64,000 bases of DNA from Lytechinus pictus. Its lineage: Eukaryota. Both the position numbers and the translations under genes were made by a program. The stretch lies in contig NC_087252.1 of NCBI RefSeq assembly GCF_037042905.1, forward strand, positions 15,254,001 to 15,318,000. Reading direction: 5' to 3'. Under the pieces are notes generated by a model that saw only the letters and a program-made list of their open reading frames with translations, was not told where the DNA came from and made no database searches. The stretch's first letter is position 1, and every line of letters begins with the position of its first letter. Shown here one piece after another: positions 37,776 to 52,269 of this stretch.

Positions 37776-38633
37776 GTGTATTATGGTGTTACAGTCCGTA
37801 CTTTTTTATCTGGCCTTCCCTTAATATCAAGATCTCTCTATTATCTGGATGCACACTTGCCGATTTTTTTTTCTTTTTTAATTTTTCGAAATGGGTACAT
37901 GTACGTGGGGAAATGAGCTTTCAATCCAAAATCGAAATTCCCAATATAGTCTACTTACAACCACATTATTTTTTATAAAAATATCTTACCCAAATCACCA
38001 AACAAACTTACACAGGATCATTTTCCAGTAAATCAGGGTACAGCACAACCATTTCATCACGTTCATTTATTGTATTTTTGCGGGCGAAAAAACAACAACG
38101 AATGTCTCGCTAGCTAGCGCTAGGCCTCGATACGGACAGCGTCATCTTTCATGTTTAAGTCTACAGTCTAACGATGGCTGACTTTGCGAAGCTGCATTAC
38201 TTGGCGCGATGATCCAGTTTACGAACTTAGTTTTATCAAGTCATTCTTTTTTCTTTTGAGGTACATGTATGCTCTATGTATTTCTCAATCACTTCAGCTG
38301 GTAAATTATCCAAGAGTTTTGGCAACCAATCGATTTCATTTCCGTAAAACAAAAGGCCTATAATTTGCACTGACACTGCAGTGAATACTGTCTGTACGCC
38401 CACAACAATAAATTCACTAGGGAAGCGCAGCTGCATGTATTTTATATAGGGTCTCCCAGTTCTGGACAAATCCCTTATCCGGATTGGTGCTGGTCCCACC
38501 GTGTCCGGATAAGAGAGGTCGGACTTTATTTAAAACGTATAAATGGGCATAAAGAATTAAGTATTATTAGGAGCTTGATAAATCTAACACTATTATCATT
38601 AATACTATTTTGTTTTGTTTTCTCATCATCCAG

Positions 38634-38807
38634 TCTCCAGTGTTGCAGTACCTGTACTTCCTGAGTCAGATTGGGATCGCTATGTCGCCTCTGAGCAACA
38701 ATTCTCTCTTCCTCAACTACCATCGCAACCCACTCCCAGAGTTCCATGCGCGTGGTCTCTGCGTCTCCATCTCTACCGACGACCCTCTTCAGTTCCATTT
38801 CACAAAG
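38634..38807 (+). CDS. AMPD2: AMP deaminase exon ([26 protein letters not shown]...[14 protein letters not shown])
   Basis: AG/GT boundaries; STDDP adenosine/AMP deaminase signature. Confidence 0.97.
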
Positions 38808-39069
38808 GTATGATCAACAAACATCAGGGGCTTGTTTCATAAAGGACTTGCAAATGTTGTAACTTTTCCGTTATGGCAACTACCATGGAAACCTTGATTC
38901 TGATTGGCTGCTGAGCCCTGTTACCATGGTAGTTGCCATTGTGGCAAAGTTACAACAGTTGCAAGTTCTTTATGGAACAGGCCCCAGATCGGGATGAAAG
39001 TGTGACTTATAGTCATACTTCGTGTGGACAGCACATGTTATTCAATCTGATTGATGGATATTCAATAGT

Positions 39070-39473
39070 GGGTAAATTTCCAATTTGTCTGTTGCCAACT
39101 CGTCCACTCATCACATGTTCTACCTTCATTGAGTCTGATGCCATTCCGTCCACTATTATTTCATCTAACAACCATTTAGTCCAGTAACCATTTGGTCCAA
39201 TTTTCACTTCATCTAATCACCAGTTCATCTTTGACTATTTCGTCTCATAACCAGTTGGTCTCATACCCATTTTATTATCATTCATTTTGCCCAATTAACA
39301 CTTAGTCCAATTAGACCAAATGGTATGTGGACTGAATGGCTATTGGACCAACTGGTTTGTAAACGAAATGGCTATTAGACCATGTGGATAGTGGACAAAC
39401 TGATTGTAGACCAAGTGAAAGTAGACGAGTTGGTAATTGAATAAATTGGCATTAGACCAATTGAAAATAAACC
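39070..39473. mobile_element. MITE with short internal gaccaa/ttggtc repeats
   Basis: gggtaaatttccaatt / aattgaaaataaaccc ends and inverted repeat arrays. Confidence 0.55.
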
Positions 39474-39824
39474 CGATAGTGCATGTTCCGTGCTCGGGAT
39501 CTGACCAATGCAGTGATCTGCAATGATAAATTTAAATGGGATGCTCATGGGGTGATACAAGAAACTTGCAATCGAATATAAATATATCAATATTAGGTCC
39601 TGATATCAATCACAAATTTTACGATTAATTGCAAATTTACTGTCGATCGCTGGTCTGCTTTGCATCAAAAAAGAATAAATTGATTTCTTTGTTTAAAATT
39701 ATTTTATCACTTGAAAATTGTAACTGAAATTTGCATTTTGGAGGAATTTCTTCCTGCTGGTACCTATTTACCTCACCTGGGTTGAGTGCTTATCCATGCT
39801 TATTTTCTTCTGCTATATTTCTAG

Positions 39825-39935
39825 GAACCTTTGATGGAGGAGTACAGTATTGCAGTACAGGTCTGGAAGCTTACTACTTGTGACATGTGTGAACTGGCCC
39901 GTAACAGTGTCGTCATGAGTGGATTCGATGCTGAG
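39825..39935 (+). CDS. AMPD2: AMP deaminase exon ([37 protein letters not shown])
   Basis: ctag acceptor and gtgggt donor; conserved EPLMEEY and [10 protein letters not shown]. Confidence 0.96.
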
Positions 39936-40095
39936 GTGGGTTATTATGTAATAATATGCATGAGTTTCAGGTGGAACTTTGTTTTCAAACCCTGGTTTCA
40001 AATGTAAATGATGATGTGTGACTTTCTCTCAAGCATAGAAATACAACAAATTTGCCACAATACTCCATTTGGATTTAATTTGAATTCAGTGATCA

Positions 40096-40331
40096 GGGCC
40101 CCGTCTTACAAAGAGTTACAATCGATCCAATCAATCGCAACTCTATGGAAATCCAACAGTGTCATAACTTTCGACAGGAAATTTGCAAAATGTCCGTTGT
40201 AAACAGAGGAGAACACACCAAATTGTCAAGAAATTAGTATGCATCATATCTAGAATTTTGTATGTTGACGTTGCTGGCCATCCATAGTTGCGATTGATCG
40301 GATCAATCGCAACTCTTTGTAAGACGGGCCC
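40096..40331. mobile_element. Harbinger-like MITE (second copy at ~47764-48033)
   Basis: TIR ggccccgtcttacaaagagtt. Confidence 0.75.
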
Positions 40332-41236
40332 CAGTTATCATTCAATATGACAATTATACAATGTATACAAATCAGCAATCCCATGAGCATGCGCATTTGG
40401 GGCCCGTTGCAGAAAGAGTTGCGTTTAAACAGAAACCAAAAAATCAATCGCAAGTCCCAAATGCGCGCTGTTGATTGGTTGAAAATCAAGTTGCGCATGA
40501 TTTTTAGAGTTGCGATTGATTGCAACTCTTTCTGCAACGGGCCACTGGCATTTTATCTGTGGGACTTTCCTGGAACGATCTGTCTGTTTTCTACTCATTA
40601 TGAAAGGTATCAATGCTCTTGAATTTTCAAGGCTTTAGCAATAAATTTATGTAAGAATGTAGAAAATTGGGATGGGACATACAGTTTGGGAAATAATAAT
40701 TGGACCACTTTCAGATCAAGCTCCCGTACGATATGGTCTAATAATTATATTCTAAGCCATACAAAAATGTTTATTATTATTGGGGAATTGCACAATTATT
40801 TATGTCAGTGTCAATATTGTAAATATCTCATGTGTCTTAAGATCTATGTAATTAAGTGATCGATGATCATGATGTTATGTTTATACTTTTGGGTTGTTTT
40901 ATATATAAGGGAGCACCGTGTTCAACAAGTGTACGCTTCTTGAGGTGCTGCCCATTGGTTATTCCTTGCACATTTTGTACTGCCACATTAAATGAAATTA
41001 ATTTAACGGAATGTCATATTGTACAAACATGGTATTGATTGATCGTTTTATTTTCTAAACTCTGTCTTTTAAGCTAAGGACCACGATCATTGTAAGGAAG
41101 TACTGGCTGTCAATGAAATGATGGGATGTACAAGTTTGTTCACTTAATGGAATTATGACCATGTCAATATGTTTCTATGAACATGGTATTGGAAGGATTG
41201 ATTCATCTGTTCCGATATCTCTACTTTGTCTTCTAG

Positions 41237-41425
41237 ACTAAGGACCATTGGCTTGGTCCAAACCACCGCAAGGAAGGACCGGCCGGTAATGAAATCACCC
41301 GTACCAACGTCCCCGACATCAGGGTGGCGTTCCGGCACGAGACGCTCTGCGGCGAGCTCTTGACAATCTGCAGAGCAGCTCAGGATCAGAGTGAACACCT
41401 GACACCGCTGCCAAAGAAACTGTAG
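41237..41425 (+). CDS. AMPD2: AMP deaminase last coding exon (TKDHWLGPN...[16 protein letters not shown]...PKKL*)
   Basis: ttctag acceptor; conserved WLG and TNVPDIRxxFRxETL; TAG stop at 41423-41425. Confidence 0.95.
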   Translation, partial: TKDHWLGPNHRKEGPAGNEITRTNVPDIRVAFRHETLCGELLTICRAAQDQSEHLTPLPKKL

Positions 41426-43027
41426 ATTAGGAGTGCTGATAAAGGCTAGGACTGGCTCCAGCAAAGAAGTTTGATGTCGAGAGAGCTAAGAGAGGGTTGA
41501 GTTGGTTCTCTCAAAGAAGTTTGAGATTAAGATCACTGAGTTGGGCACCTTGTCAAGAAGTCAGAGCCACGTCTTTCCTGCGGCAATCCTGCAAGCTGCT
41601 CTTCATTACCACTCATCGCGTTTCATCATAGACAACATTATGGGTAATGCAGGAAAGCTTATATCCTAAATCGCAGGATTACCCCTAGAAGACGCTGCAC
41701 AGATTTTTGACAAGTTGCTTTTGATTAGTAGCTCTGATCTAGGGTTGGATTAGCTCTTACAATAAGTATTAGGTATAGAGAGAGCCAGCTCTGCCAAAGC
41801 TTTAGATTAGGAAGGCTGATAGAGTTGGATTGGCGCTTCCAAGTCAGTTTCATATTGCAGGCATCGAGAGAAGCCTGGATAGGCTCTCGCAAAGAAGTTT
41901 AAGGTAAGGAGAGGTAATCGCAGTGAGTAGCATGCTGTTTTGTAGCCCTTTTGAAAAACGGCCAGAAAACCGCAAATTATGTCCATCTAAATGTGCCAAT
42001 GGGGTCAAGTGCATAACAGGACTATGAATTTTGTCCATTTTGTGCAGCTTTTCTAAGTGTGAAAAGGGGGTTGAGTCGGATCTCTCTCGAAGTTTCGGTT
42101 CAGAGAGTTATCGAGCTGTACAAGACCATGGCCTTGGATTGCTGAGTTTTGCAATGGTTTGCAAATATACAAATTGTATTAAGATGAAAGTTTGTTTTGA
42201 ACAAATTGTTCATGCGACAATGATCTTTATCCAGCTTACTACAGTACGTTTCCTTAGTCTCCTGACTATTGTAACAGCCTTTCAATTCTTCAACAATGGC
42301 TGTTTAAATGGACATCATGCATACATGTATGACGTAATAATCTCACAGCACCCTCCCTCAGAGGATATAGGAATACATGTAAACAATGTTGTCAGAGATG
42401 CGCCAGCTGCAGATCACCAATGCATGCACGGCAGCGGTTTCAGGCTCTAAGATGGCGGCGTGATGTTGTCAATGCATGTGGTCTGTAGACATCTTATTTG
42501 CATCTGACATCAAACTTTGTTGAAGTCATGTTTTTGTGACATTTTGAAATATGTATTTGAAATTTGCAAATATTGTTGCACTTACTAATGTACTTAGTTA
42601 TTTCATTCCATTTTGAAAAATATGCACTTTAGTGATTACATTCTATTACTGTATACACCGTGTATTTCACGTCCGCATATTTTCATGATTTTGCTACAAG
42701 ATGGCAAATTTGCAACTGTATATATTTTTCCCAAATTTCTTGTATTTGCATTCTCTTTGTACATAAATATCATAAAAATTTTGTGTTCTGTAAGTCACAA
42801 AATTTACAATAAATAATGAAACCACCAAAAAATATTTAGCATATAGAGTCCGTTTGGCCACACATGTCTTTTACACTGCCTTTTAATTTACCTCTTTATG
42901 CTCCTATGGTTGAAACCACTCTTTAGTTTGTATCTCGTTTATTTCACAGCATCATTGTTTCAACCTTGTCAGCACAAATACTGAACATCATTTCGTTATT
43001 CATAGGCTGCTATGTGCTTGCGAACAA

Positions 43028-43239
43028 GGTGACACGTCATTTGGTCCGGCGACAATTGCTCCGGGCTTTATTTCATCTAAGATAAAGGGTTGGGGTTAGG
43101 GTTGCAATAGGGATTTATGTTAGATTTAGGGTTAAGTTTAGGATAGGGTGTAGGGTTAATTCAAGTTTAAGTTGGTCATTCCATTAGTGTGTGGAATTTA
43201 CAGCGGAGCAATTGTCGCCGGAGCAAATGTCACGGAACC
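43028..43239. mobile_element. MITE with internal TTAGGG-like repeats
   Basis: TIR catttgNtccggcgacaattgctcc. Confidence 0.65.
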
Positions 43240-46200
43240 GCGAGCAAAGTACATGTTTCTGAGAGGTCTCAGGAAGGTTTCCTAATGCAGGGTTATATAA
43301 AATACATTAATACCAAACCATCACAAAACGTCTCTCATGCGTTATCTGCTAGAATGACTCGCATTCTCCTCATGAGTGCAAAAGTGCTTTTAAAATTGAA
43401 CTGTAGCGCACCATCACAAAGTACTAAAAAAAAAAAAAAACTTCTAGTATCACATGTAATCCGCTAGAATGACCAGTATGCTCCTCTCCTCCTTATAGTG
43501 CAAACTTGCTCCTACATCTAGCAAACTATTATAAATACTATAAGATGGACATTTTGTCACACATAGTCCACTAGAATGACTGGCGTTCAGTTCTCCTCTC
43601 CATGTGTTCTGGTATCCTTCGTTGTGTTTGCAAACTTGCCCTTTATTTTGTGAAAGATTCAATTTCAGAGTACACAGCTGTAGATTCTGTGTTATAGGCA
43701 CATATCAACTTGTCAAGATGCACAGTATGCTATTAAGTATTTTGATGACATAATACCAATCATCCAACATGTATAGTTTATGGAAATGCATTGTAGATTT
43801 AACAAGGATGATAAATTGTGATGATGAAGCTGCAAACGGGAGTAGACATCCCGCGCATAGTGCAATTTCTGCCAAATATTAAAGCGTGTCAGAGAAGTAT
43901 TAAAATCTAAGCTACCTATTGTGGCAATTAAATGTTGGTTAGGATAAACATCAAGAAAATCAAACAAAATATCACCTTTTAAAGCTTTTCCTCATTTCCT
44001 GTGCGAGCAGAGACACGCGAGAAAGTACACGCCTCGCACAAAGTGCACTTTTTACCAAATAAGGGTGTCACAGAAGTCGTTATTGTGGCAGTATGTTGGG
44101 TAGATCAAACAGAAATAAAATCAAATATCACAATATAAAAGCTTTTTCTCATTTCCTGTTGTAGAGGTCAATTGAAGTTAAAGGAGTTTATAGTTATCTG
44201 AAAATTAAAATTTAGAATGCAGTGATTTGATGGTGCTATGAATTCATTGTTTCATTGGACAAGTTTCATAGAGTTTGATTCACAATAACATGAAATAAAT
44301 CTTTAGTGCTATTTATAGCTTAAATGCTCTTTAACGTTTATGCTTTATCGTAGAGGTATATATGCGTGGAATTGTTTCCATGTTATTTGTATATACATGT
44401 ATGAGAAACAAAATTGTTTAGAAATTGCAGGGTTTTCTATGGCCACTCGAAATGCTTTGCCAACTTATTATGATATCCCATCATTACATAATGGTGCTTG
44501 TATTAGGCAGACTTCCCTGTTTTCCCATTTTTTCTGTCTTGTTTTATACTTTCGATAACTTACTTAAATAAGAAGTTTATTATACATGTAGATTATTTTG
44601 TATTTCATTAACCTAGATATACATGACAGCAGTCAAGCTTCAGTAGAAAAAAAATGAAATAATATCCACAAAAATGACTGGTAAAGAGGTCAATAGTAAA
44701 AACTATTGCCCCAAACTGATTTGAGACTATATGCCAACTATTTTGGCCCAAGACAAAGATATATCAGGTCTATAGTCTCAAGAGCATTAAGAGGAAACAG
44801 ATTTTACTTATTGCCCAAATAAAAGAGAAGTCAATATTTGTTTTATATATCAATTTTTTTTAGCAGGGCATTCGCAAAAACTATTGTTCTGCTCAAATCA
44901 TGCAAATAGGTATTTAAGATTTACTCTATTGATCTTATCCTTCAACCTAAGCATTGACCTTGCCTGTAAAAGAAGGTCAAAGCTATTAAAAGTTAGATAG
45001 CTAAAGCATGTGCCTTGTCTAAAAAAGAAAATATTTATATAGATATATTTGCAATGATTATGTGCCATACAAAGTAGTATTTTTCATCCACTAGCGATAG
45101 AAATTTGTACATGTTAGAGATTCCTGTGGTAGTAACGTAATGTCGTCTGTAAATAAAATTGTGAACTGCGGGTCGAGCATTGAATATATAGTCTAGTTGG
45201 TTGATACATGTAGATGGATAGATGTTTGTTTGTGTGATCACATCGTCCAGATCCCAGCCTTGCTCTTCTGGTCTTTGCTTTATTTTATGAACAAAATTGA
45301 TTATTTAGGAGCTATTGAAATCAGATTGTACGTGGTATTAATAAATAGCTTTACATGGATATATCAGTATAGATATAGCAAAGTACTGCTAACTTTATTC
45401 GGCTTTACATTTCCATTTTAAAAGATTTGTTCAGAAATACATGTAAGAGCACTGTGGTACTTGTTCTTAATCTATATATTTGATTGAAATTGTGTTGTAT
45501 TGATTTATCAAATGCTGTACAGTTATAAGTGTGAAATCATTCAAGAAGTTAATATATATCTGTGTCATGTGTGAGATGAGGTGATGTTGAAATCCGATCA
45601 TAATTTATTGAAATATATTTTTTAACAAGTTGTAAAGTGAAATGAACATGATATGTATAATGGAGGCATATGACTGATGTCATAAATTTATTGTAAATAC
45701 AGTTTATGTTATTCTTTATATGATAAACAGTGTATTAGTGTTTGTGTAGTTAATATTGTATTGATATCTTCTTCTTTTTCTTCTATTTCCTCCTCCTCTT
45801 CTTCTCCTTCCCCTTTCTTTCTTCTTCTTCTTCAATTTCCTATTCTTTTTGTTCTTCTGTTTATTATTAATTTATTATTATTATCATTAATATCAATTTT
45901 ATTATCATTGTTATTTCTATTAATTTATTTATTGTTATTATTATTAATATCATTATTTGTATTACGATTTTGTTTATAATTGTTATTATCATCATGTTAA
46001 TTATGCTTATCATTGTTTCATTATTAAGCTTCAGTACAATATTATCAGAATTTGCTACAAATTAACAGAGGGTTGTTTATTAAAACTCTTCAATTGTATT
46101 CTGCCGAAATCATATTTCTTTTGTAAAACGCATCAAAGATATATTAAAAGAAATCATCAATATAGGTCAATACAAATACACTGCAAGGTATTTATGTCAA

Positions 46201-49200
46201 CATTATTCTTCTTATTCAGGAGTATCCTGATGTTTAGAAAGTCATAATAGAATTATCATCTTTTGTTATATATAAAGGCTTTTTATTTGTAAAGAAATGA
46301 AAAAAAAAATCATTAATTGGTTGTTTAATGATGATGAGGAAGCATAACTGTTGGTAAAGTAGATTCCATGTGCCTCTCTTTAGGTTCGATTCATGTTCTT
46401 TTTGACATTTTATTTCATTCTCTAAGATATCCCCCTTTTTCTAAGTTTGTCATTATTAACTTTAGAGTGGTGTATATAGCTTCTGATAGAAAATCGATTC
46501 CTCCATATCCATAGCGATTTTTTTGGTGATGATATACTTTCCAATCTTATGGTTGTGTACCAGTCATGATAATTAAAGTATTTTGAAATAGAGGCGCTGC
46601 AAATATCCATCATGTATATTGATAGATAAGGGGGCATAGATGACAATTTTCTTAGGTTCAGCTTGATGTTAATGTGTATGTTCAATGGGATGTTTTCAGA
46701 ATATGTAAATGGAGTATGTACATGCAGGGGAGGAGGGGGGGTTGACAATTTTTGGGTTGGCGAGACCGTGCAGTTGAAACTCGTACCTATATTTTAAGGG
46801 TAATTTTAGAACAAAATGGAACCCATTATTCAGGATTTTCTCCAAGAAAGAGACCCATGTATAAGGATTACCTCCCATTTGACAAGCCACCCCCCCCCCC
46901 CACACAAAAAGGCCACCACCCAAGATTGAGAGGGGGGGGGGGTGTATGTTGCAGGTTTATCCAGCTCAAACCCATGCACCTCCTCAAATGCCAATACAAT
47001 CGAGTACCCCACACCTGCCCACACCCGCTCAATAAATTGAATATAAGAACCCAAATCCACCTTTTTTGACAAATTTTGCTAAACATAGGAAATCGTTAAG
47101 CAACATCTTGTGTGTAATAAATTTTATCACGAAATTCCACTAAAAAGAGCCCTGAAATGAATGAAAAAACTGACCAAATTTTTACCAGGCATACACAAAT
47201 CTCATTTAGTTTTTCCTTGATTTGTATACTTTGAATGAACTTTCATATACTTGACTCATTATTATATCCATATACAGGCTGTCAGATATAAATTCAATCT
47301 TAATGGTGTAAACAGCGCTTAATTATTTTTTATGGTCTGTTTTATCAAAGCATTAAAAAGCAAATGAAAGATTACAGTTATTTTTATGAAGTTTTAAGCA
47401 GTATCTTTATGATGATGTTATTGAAAAGGGAGTTATGTTCATGGATTGTTTTTAATAGATCATTATGAGGAGTTTAAGTCCTATTCATATTATGTACATG
47501 TATTATGTCATGTCAGATACTGTATCTTTGGAGACTCCATGCCTCGTTGAGTAAATACTAACATGTTTTGTTTTTAGCAATGGCTCTTGCAGCTTTTGTT
47601 ATAGATAACTTTGTGTCTGATTGATCATAATTATTTGTCCCCATTTCATCAAATATAACAACATAATTCAGCTCTCTTTGATTTCCCGCCATTGTAATTT
47701 GTTTTAATCTGTGATGACATATATTGTATCTTTGATGTTTTTTTTTATATAAAGACACATCTAGGCCCCGTCTTACAAAGAGTTACGATTGATCCAATCA
47801 ATCGTAACTCTATGGGAATCAATCAGTGTCATAATTTTTTCTACAGGAAATCTGCAAAATGTCCTTTGTAAACAAAGGCAAACACACCAAATGATCAAGA
47901 AAACAATGAATTTATGAATATACATCATATCTAGGAAACATTTTGAACTATCATGTATTTTAGTTGTTGACGTTGCTGGCTTTCCATAGTTGAGATTGAT
48001 CAAATCATTCACAACTCTTTGTAAGACGGGGCCCTGGAAAGACCTATTTAATCTGTTTAAATAAATTGTTTTTTATCATCCATGAAATTAGATGAGCAGT
48101 AATACCAGAAATGGTGGCTCTTTGTATATTTGAAAAAAAACTTTTTAACATGGATTTTTCTTTCTTAAAAAGGATTATTGCTATTCTAGTAGTAATCTCC
48201 TTAAATGCATACATGTAGTTCAGTTTCTGTATATTTTTATTCATCAAGTAAACAGTCAAGTATATATCTAAAAGAACTTTTAATTTGTTTGAAAAATACA
48301 GTATGAAGATAAGTACATGTATATTCTGTCTTCAGGAATCTATGATTGATTGTATATTATAAATGTGTCCAAGAATATGCATGTATAATTTGATAATGGA
48401 GCAAAGATTTGTGATTTTTATGGAATATTTGTGAACTACTACCTTCTATTATTGTTTACTTAGTACTGTAAACATGATTATTTTCTTTTATTGTTTATTT
48501 TCTATTGATTGTTGTTTATTTTATTGAATTTATTGTAACACATGGGTCATCAGGGGAGCTTTTCATAAAATGACTTTTGGAATGTTTTATCAGACAGTTA
48601 CCATGGTAACAGTGCTTCTCAGCCAATCAAAATCAAGGAAAGTTCTCTGATCTGACAACTTGTCAGACAAAAAGTTCTCTGATCTGACAACTTGTCAGAC
48701 GAAAATGCTGGTGAAACAGTCTTTGGATATTATCCCACATGTTGAATTATTACACAATAGTGTATTTCAAAAAAGTTTCACACTTTGAATAAATCCTAAA
48801 ATTAGTACTAGTAAATATTTGTAATATGCATGGAACTTTTTCTGCATCTGTATACATACCTCTTGTGAATGAAAACATGTACATGTATACAATTTTCCCC
48901 AGCTTTTAAATTTTCATTTATTAGAACCTTTTCAATGTGTTAACTTTTTATTGATACACATTATATATTAACCCATCTTGTTGGGCATGTTCGATGAAAC
49001 ATAGCATTATGCATTAGTTTAGACTGAATGAATTAATTTATGCATTTGAGAAGCTTCCTACATTGTAAACTTGGTAATATTACTTCTTGCTTCTGTATAC
49101 TACACATGCTATACTAGTGGTATATTATGCATGGTACATTAGAGTTCAATATATTCTGCAATGAAAAGAAATAACATTTGCATGTGCAATTGTAAAAGTT

Positions 49201-49962
49201 TCAGTAAGATGTAATTTGTTGTATTATTAAAAACAAAATCAAATATCAGCATGAAAAGAAAAGAGAAGTTTCTTGTCTTTCGTTGAAGTCCTTTTTACAA
49301 TAGAAAATGAGAGATGAACTTTGGAGAGAGATAATATTGGAGTAAAACCAAGGGATATGTGAATTTGTAACTTTTCTGCTCCACCATTATATTGTCATAA
49401 GAGAAGGAGGTGAAGAAGAAGAAGAAGAGGAAGAACTAGAAGGAGAAAAGGAAGAAGAGAAAGAGAAGAAGGAGGAGGAGGAGAATGAGGATGAGAGAGA
49501 AAAGAAAAGAGAAGAATAATTAATAAATTAAGAAGAAGAAAAGAAGAAGAAATTTCTTGTATATAGGCCTTGGCCTACATCCCCACCCCTTTGGGCCTTT
49601 TTTGTCATGTGGAAGGGATGCAACCGTGTAGGGCCGTTTCGCCTCTGTCTATTATTTTTTCCTTTTTTTTACCTCCACTAAACAATTTCTTTAAGAATGT
49701 CGAAGAATCCAGTATCCGAAAGTGGGGTCATGTATTTCCCATGCCTGCCAATTCGGTTAAATTTGACTGTTATCTCGATTACTAGTATATCATTTGTACG
49801 TGTAAAAATTTGCTACACGAGAAAGTTATTTCAGTTTAGCATAACGCATGCGTCAAAACTAGATTCTGTGCACTTGCGTCTTAATAATAGCGTAGATGTT
49901 CTACGTTGCATTAATTCATCAGGTCGATTTAGGAATAGTAGATACATGTAGCAGATTTAGGC

Positions 49963-50158
49963 TATAAAAGACAAGTTTGTAGCTTGATTAGATTTGAATC
50001 GGTAGATCCAGGACATCAAACGAGCTGGTCGCGGGTCCAATTCCAAAGTTTTTTGGTGGAGGATCGCTTAATTCCCACGTGTGTTCTGTTGGAGACCACA
50101 TACCAGCACTGCGCCATCGAGGTTAGCCTGCCGCACCTCGCTACGTAGATGACAGCCG
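49963..50158 (+). promoter_or_regulatory. Putative promoter and first exon of an unidentified gene (TATAAAA at 49963; ATG ACA GCC G at 50149-50158)
   Basis: Locally CpG-rich; gtgagg donor at 50159; phase-1 splice joins in frame to the exon at 52270. Confidence 0.5.
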
Positions 50159-52269
50159 GTGAGGTTAGTGACTGGAGTCATGAAATTCATGTAATTTATT
50201 CACTGAAATAAACCCCATATTAACAGAAATTTGAATTATGTTTATGCCTTAAACTAAACTCATTTTAAGTAGGTAATTTCTCTGAGGTAAGGGGAACTGG
50301 TGGTGGTGGTGGGGGGGGGGGGGTGTACCAAAATGGGCAATTTACCAACGTGTTTCGTAACAAGCCTATTATTAACCACACAGGAAATAAATAATTAAGA
50401 TAAAATTCAACACTTATTTTCTGACCAGGACCTGAAATACAGCATAATGTTTAATCAAGATTTTTTTTTTCTTTTTTATGTTTTTTGGGGAGGGGCATAC
50501 ATTGAATATTATGTGCAATAAATTCATCAAACAAATCAACTTATAATAAGATTTTTTTACAGGCCTAAGGTAATTCCTTTAATAATGAAATCTTGTTATT
50601 GATTGATTTTGGTAAATTTATATTTTTATTTTCATCATTTTTTTAGCAAAGGATCGAGTTCATATCAATTTTCATACAGCTATATTAAGCATTGGCATAT
50701 ATGTGTAGGTGTATTTTGAATATCTATTAGCATTAACATCAATAAAAAGAGGTTAAAAAGGAGAATAAAAACTTGAACATTCGAGTACAGTCACTGACTT
50801 CATTTAGCTTGGTAACACAGAAAAACCTGTGGTGTTAACCTGTACAGAGAGGACCCCACCATTTATTTTACTGTGGTATCCAATTTACAGTGCTAGTTCA
50901 ACACCTAAGGATATTGCAACACATTTGATTGTTACTTTAATACTCTTTGGTGTTCTGTTCAATCTCTAGGGTGTAATTTTAACACCTTTGGGTGTGGTCC
51001 TCTAGCCCACAAATGGTGTCAGTTTTAACAACCCAGATCATTATACACTGCCTCCCCTTATTGAATGATGAATAGAGAGGGGAAGAAGTACATGTATGTC
51101 TATGAATGCTAGGAGAATGATAGCAGTATGACTGACTTAACATTTGTCTGGTTGGAGCTAGGGCTGACTGATTAGGTGAGATATGTAATATGATATGATG
51201 ATGAATGACAAGGGAGCAGGGAGCTGGTTTCATGGAGAGACTTGATCACAGACAACTGTTATAAGCTACTGGAATCCTTGTATCTGATTGGCTGAAAGTA
51301 AACTTGTCAGGGAAACTCACACTTTATGAAACACCCCCAAAGAGTGGCACATGATTGACAGTCATAATTTAATCTTTGTTTTATTTCTTGTACATGTACA
51401 TGTATGTTGCCATCTTGGCTAAATTGACTCAAAAGAGTGCATTTTAACTGTTACTGTTTGCAATTTTTCATAATAAAAATTATGTGAAACTTGTGTTAAT
51501 TAAGAAACCAAACAAGGGAGATGAGAAAAAGTGGTCTTTCTAAACATGTTCCAGTGGTATGCACAGTGACACATGTGGTCTTTAAGAGCAGGTTCCTGTA
51601 ATACATTGAAACCTGTATATAAAGACCACATGAGGGAGACAAAAGTGGTCTTTGAAGTTGCCTTTCTGAACAAGTTCCTGTAATTAAAATACCACCCAAG
51701 GGAAATAAAAAAGCGGTCTTTATCAGCAATTTTTTTTTAATAAAACATGTTTCCCCTAACATAGGCCTACTATTCAAGGAAAATTGAACTTGTGTTTTTA
51801 GAGATAGAGGGACCTTCTATACAGGGGTCACTGAAATGGGTTTTAACTGTCATAAAATTGGAAGCACTTGCTGCCGCCTTGAATTATTTGAAAAAATTTC
51901 TTTTGAAAAATACATCTGATGTTAACAGGAAAAAAATACATTGGACTTAGGCTAATTTTGCCCCAAAAATACCCCGCTCTGGAAAACTGAAAAACAAAAA
52001 TTCCTAAAATTCCCATTGTTTGCCCTTGATTGTAATACAATGTAGCAAATTTCAGATGATGAACTCGAAAAGTATCCCCAATAAGGTTTTTTTTAATTAT
52101 TTTTTGGTGGTGGATGATAGAGAAGTCCAGCCAATCTTTCAAATTACGATTTTCAAGGAAGAAAATGAATATTTCTAATATGTCATCCTGTCTATGATAA
52201 CTATCTTTATTAATTGATAATGTCATACCTACAATATCAGTTCTCGGTTCAAGTTTTAAGTTTGAACAG

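Noticed and set aside
41414..41425. C-terminal KKL as a peroxisomal targeting signal
   Set aside because: Non-canonical PTS1, and AMP deaminases are cytosolic; no further support
43088..43160. Interstitial telomere
   Set aside because: Few degenerate TTAGGG-like units, internal to a TIR-bounded MITE
46330..47750. Possible decayed LINE coding sequence (also ~14100-14800)
   Set aside because: Only faint motif resemblance; cannot be supported without a search
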